Shown here one piece after another: positions 62,502 through 64,000 of a stretch of DNA of 64,000 nt (its first letter is position 1; each line of letters starts with the position of its first letter). The DNA comes from an uncultured Candidatus Saccharibacteria bacterium (GTDB lineage: Bacteria; Patescibacteriota; Minisyncoccia; Portnoybacterales; UBA2143). A program made the translations under genes and the position numbers. The notes under the pieces are model-generated. The model was not told the DNA's origin and made no database searches. It worked only from the letters and a program-made list of their open reading frames with translations. Location: contig CAZFBL010000001.1 of the NCBI GenBank assembly GCA_964517275.1, forward strand, positions 14,144-78,143, written 5' to 3'.

Positions 62502-64000
62502 TTATTTCTTCAGCGCTTCTCGCGACTTTTCTAATTCTTCTTCGCTTATTTTCCGGCCGCCGGCGCCGGCCGGGCTGGCTGTTTTGATGAATGGTTCGCC
62601 CTCTGGCGCGTATAAGCTTCTACCCAAGTCAGTTCCTAGATAATCTTGGACAGGCCGTGGAAAGCTTTCAATATTTTCCTTGGTCATTATTTTCTGGATT
62701 CTGCTTCTTAAACCCGGGTCAGGTCCCATCTGTCCCAAATGCGCGCTAGTCCAATGACCATCTCTAAAGGCCTTAACAATAGCTTCCTGGATTTTATCTA
62801 TTTCTTCAGGCACTATTTTCTTGGCTTGTTCAGGCTTAATTTTGTTAACTACTTCCTGGACGTCTCTGTTTACTTCTCCGGCTAAACTAGGCATGGCTTT
62901 AACTAATTTTGATTCCTGGCCGTAGCGCTGGGCTAATTTTAGTCCTTTTTTGCGCTGCTCCGGTTTCTTAAGCATATCCAAATCGTCGTTTTCATGAAGC
63001 TGAAGCATTCTGGCTACTTTTCCTTCAGCCGGCGCTCGGTCGAAAGTATCAACCAAATTTTTGCTGGCCCAGCCCTTGATAGATTCTTTTTCCTGCTGAA
63101 CCATGGCCCGGTTTTGCTCTAAGCCGCGGAAAGCCGGAATAGCTAATTTGCCGGCTATTTTAATTTTGGCTATCTGACTTAGTCCTCTCTGGATTAGGCC
63201 GCCCTCCAGCTTTCCGCTAGGCGTCTTTTTGGGCGGCGGAGCCATTTTGGCTAGGGTTCGTCTACTGACTTGGCCCGGCCACTTGGCTGCTCTGGCACTG
63301 ACTCCTTTAACTACACCCATAGCTCCTTGGGCGCCGTAAACACCCATTTTCTGAGCGACGATTAATCCGCCAAAAAGCAGGCCAATAATGCAAATAAACT
63401 GAAGAAATAAAGAGGGTACTGATAATAAGACAAAAGCGCTGGTTTCCGTAAAGCCGGAGGCATTAATAATATTTTCAGTTTGATTTCTAATCAACGAAGT
63501 AAAAGCGCCGCCTTCAGCCGCTTTAACAGCTAAGTAAACAAAAAAGAAATAAATAGGAGCAAAAAAGACCCATTTTAGAAAAGTATTCCACCATTGGCGA
63601 AAAAGATGGGCGGTATGAGGCAGAATAAACATTAGCCAGGCAATTGGAGCTAAAATAAGCAGTATCCAAAGGATAATTAAACGGACGATTAGGAAAAAAG
63701 CGCCTACCCCTAAGGCGAAAGTGGCGCAAAGAATAAGAATTATACCCAAAAAGAGAGAAGATACGACCATTAAGACGCCGCCGGCTCCGGCCCCTAATGC
63801 ATCGCCAAAGCCGGATTCCTTGTTTATTTCATAGACACTTTGGATGTTCAGGGCCTTAGCCAGTTGGGCACTTACTCCGGTCGTGCTGCCTATTTGGTCA
63901 TAAAAGAAATAGGTCAAGACCTGGGAAAAATCAATAATCAGACCGGCCAAGACCAAACTAAAATTAATTAAGAGAGCGGCGATAACTAATTTAGGCAAGA
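62502..64000 (-). CDS. TrbL/VirB6-like polytopic membrane protein (5' end outside the window)
   Basis: LPKLVIAALLINFS...IIDFS, R.IILW.L.ILAP.AW...ILP, WW..F.KW.FFAP. Confidence 0.8.
   Translation of the reverse strand, partial: LPKLVIAALLINFSLVLAGLIIDFSQVLTYFFYDQIGSTTGVSAQLAKALNIQSVYEINKESGFGDALGAGAGGVLMVVSSLFLGIILILCATFALGVGAFFLIVRLIILWILLILAPIAWLMFILPHTAHLFRQWWNTFLKWVFFAPIYFFFVYLAVKAAEGGAFTSLIRNQTENIINASGFTETSAFVLLSVPSLFLQFICIIGLLFGGLIVAQKMGVYGAQGAMGVVKGVSARAAKWPGQVSRRTLAKMAPPPKKTPSGKLEGGLIQRGLSQIAKIKIAGKLAIPAFRGLEQNRAMVQQEKESIKGWASKNLVDTFDRAPAEGKVARMLQLHENDDLDMLKKPEQRKKGLKLAQRYGQESKLVKAMPSLAGEVNRDVQEVVNKIKPEQAKKIVPEEIDKIQEAIVKAFRDGHWTSAHLGQMGPDPGLRSRIQKIMTKENIESFPRPVQDYLGTDLGRSLYAPEGEPFIKTASPAGAGGRKISEEELEKSREALKK

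Noticed and set aside
746-63729. Many short antisense or nested ORFs in the track
   Set aside because: They lie inside well-supported genes and show no motifs or translation signals.
1-64000. CRISPR-Cas, prophage, transposase, rRNA genes, canonical parS, alternative genetic code
   Set aside because: None recognised by eye. TGA terminates conserved genes at expected lengths. A degenerate parS could have been missed.

Overview
Chromosomal window around the replication origin of a Patescibacteria (CPR)-type bacterium, most likely Parcubacteria. The assignment is inferred from gene content, compact genes and the VirB4/PrgI/pilin cluster; TGA is used as a stop, so the code is standard. Most of the window is housekeeping: dnaN-dnaA / rpmH-rnpA-yidC-jag with oriC, parAB, six aminoacyl-tRNA synthetases, tRNA-Leu(CAA), smpB with tmRNA, infC(ATT start)-rpmI-rplT, ruvB/ruvC, recO, holA, tsaC/tsaE, a class A PBP and pilB. 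The most interesting non-routine signals are: (1) a promoter-driven ~200-nt rod-shaped ncRNA with 6S-like architecture between pilB and ruvB; (2) a four-gene operon with a 7TM protein, an ATP-grasp ligase fused to a retropepsin-like peptidase, and two further divergent ATP-grasp ligases; (3) a soluble signalling module of two V4R-like proteins sharing an identical 41-bp block, a PAS-PAS kinase and two stand-alone receivers; (4) a RelA/SpoT homologue with a degenerate hydrolase site, divergent from a Nudix gene; (5) an IleRS with an inserted histidine-phosphatase domain; (6) several palindromic MITE/REP-like elements, some in frame inside rsmI and argS; (7) unannotated small ORFs. All calls come from reading the sequence by eye; no searches or folding programs were run.
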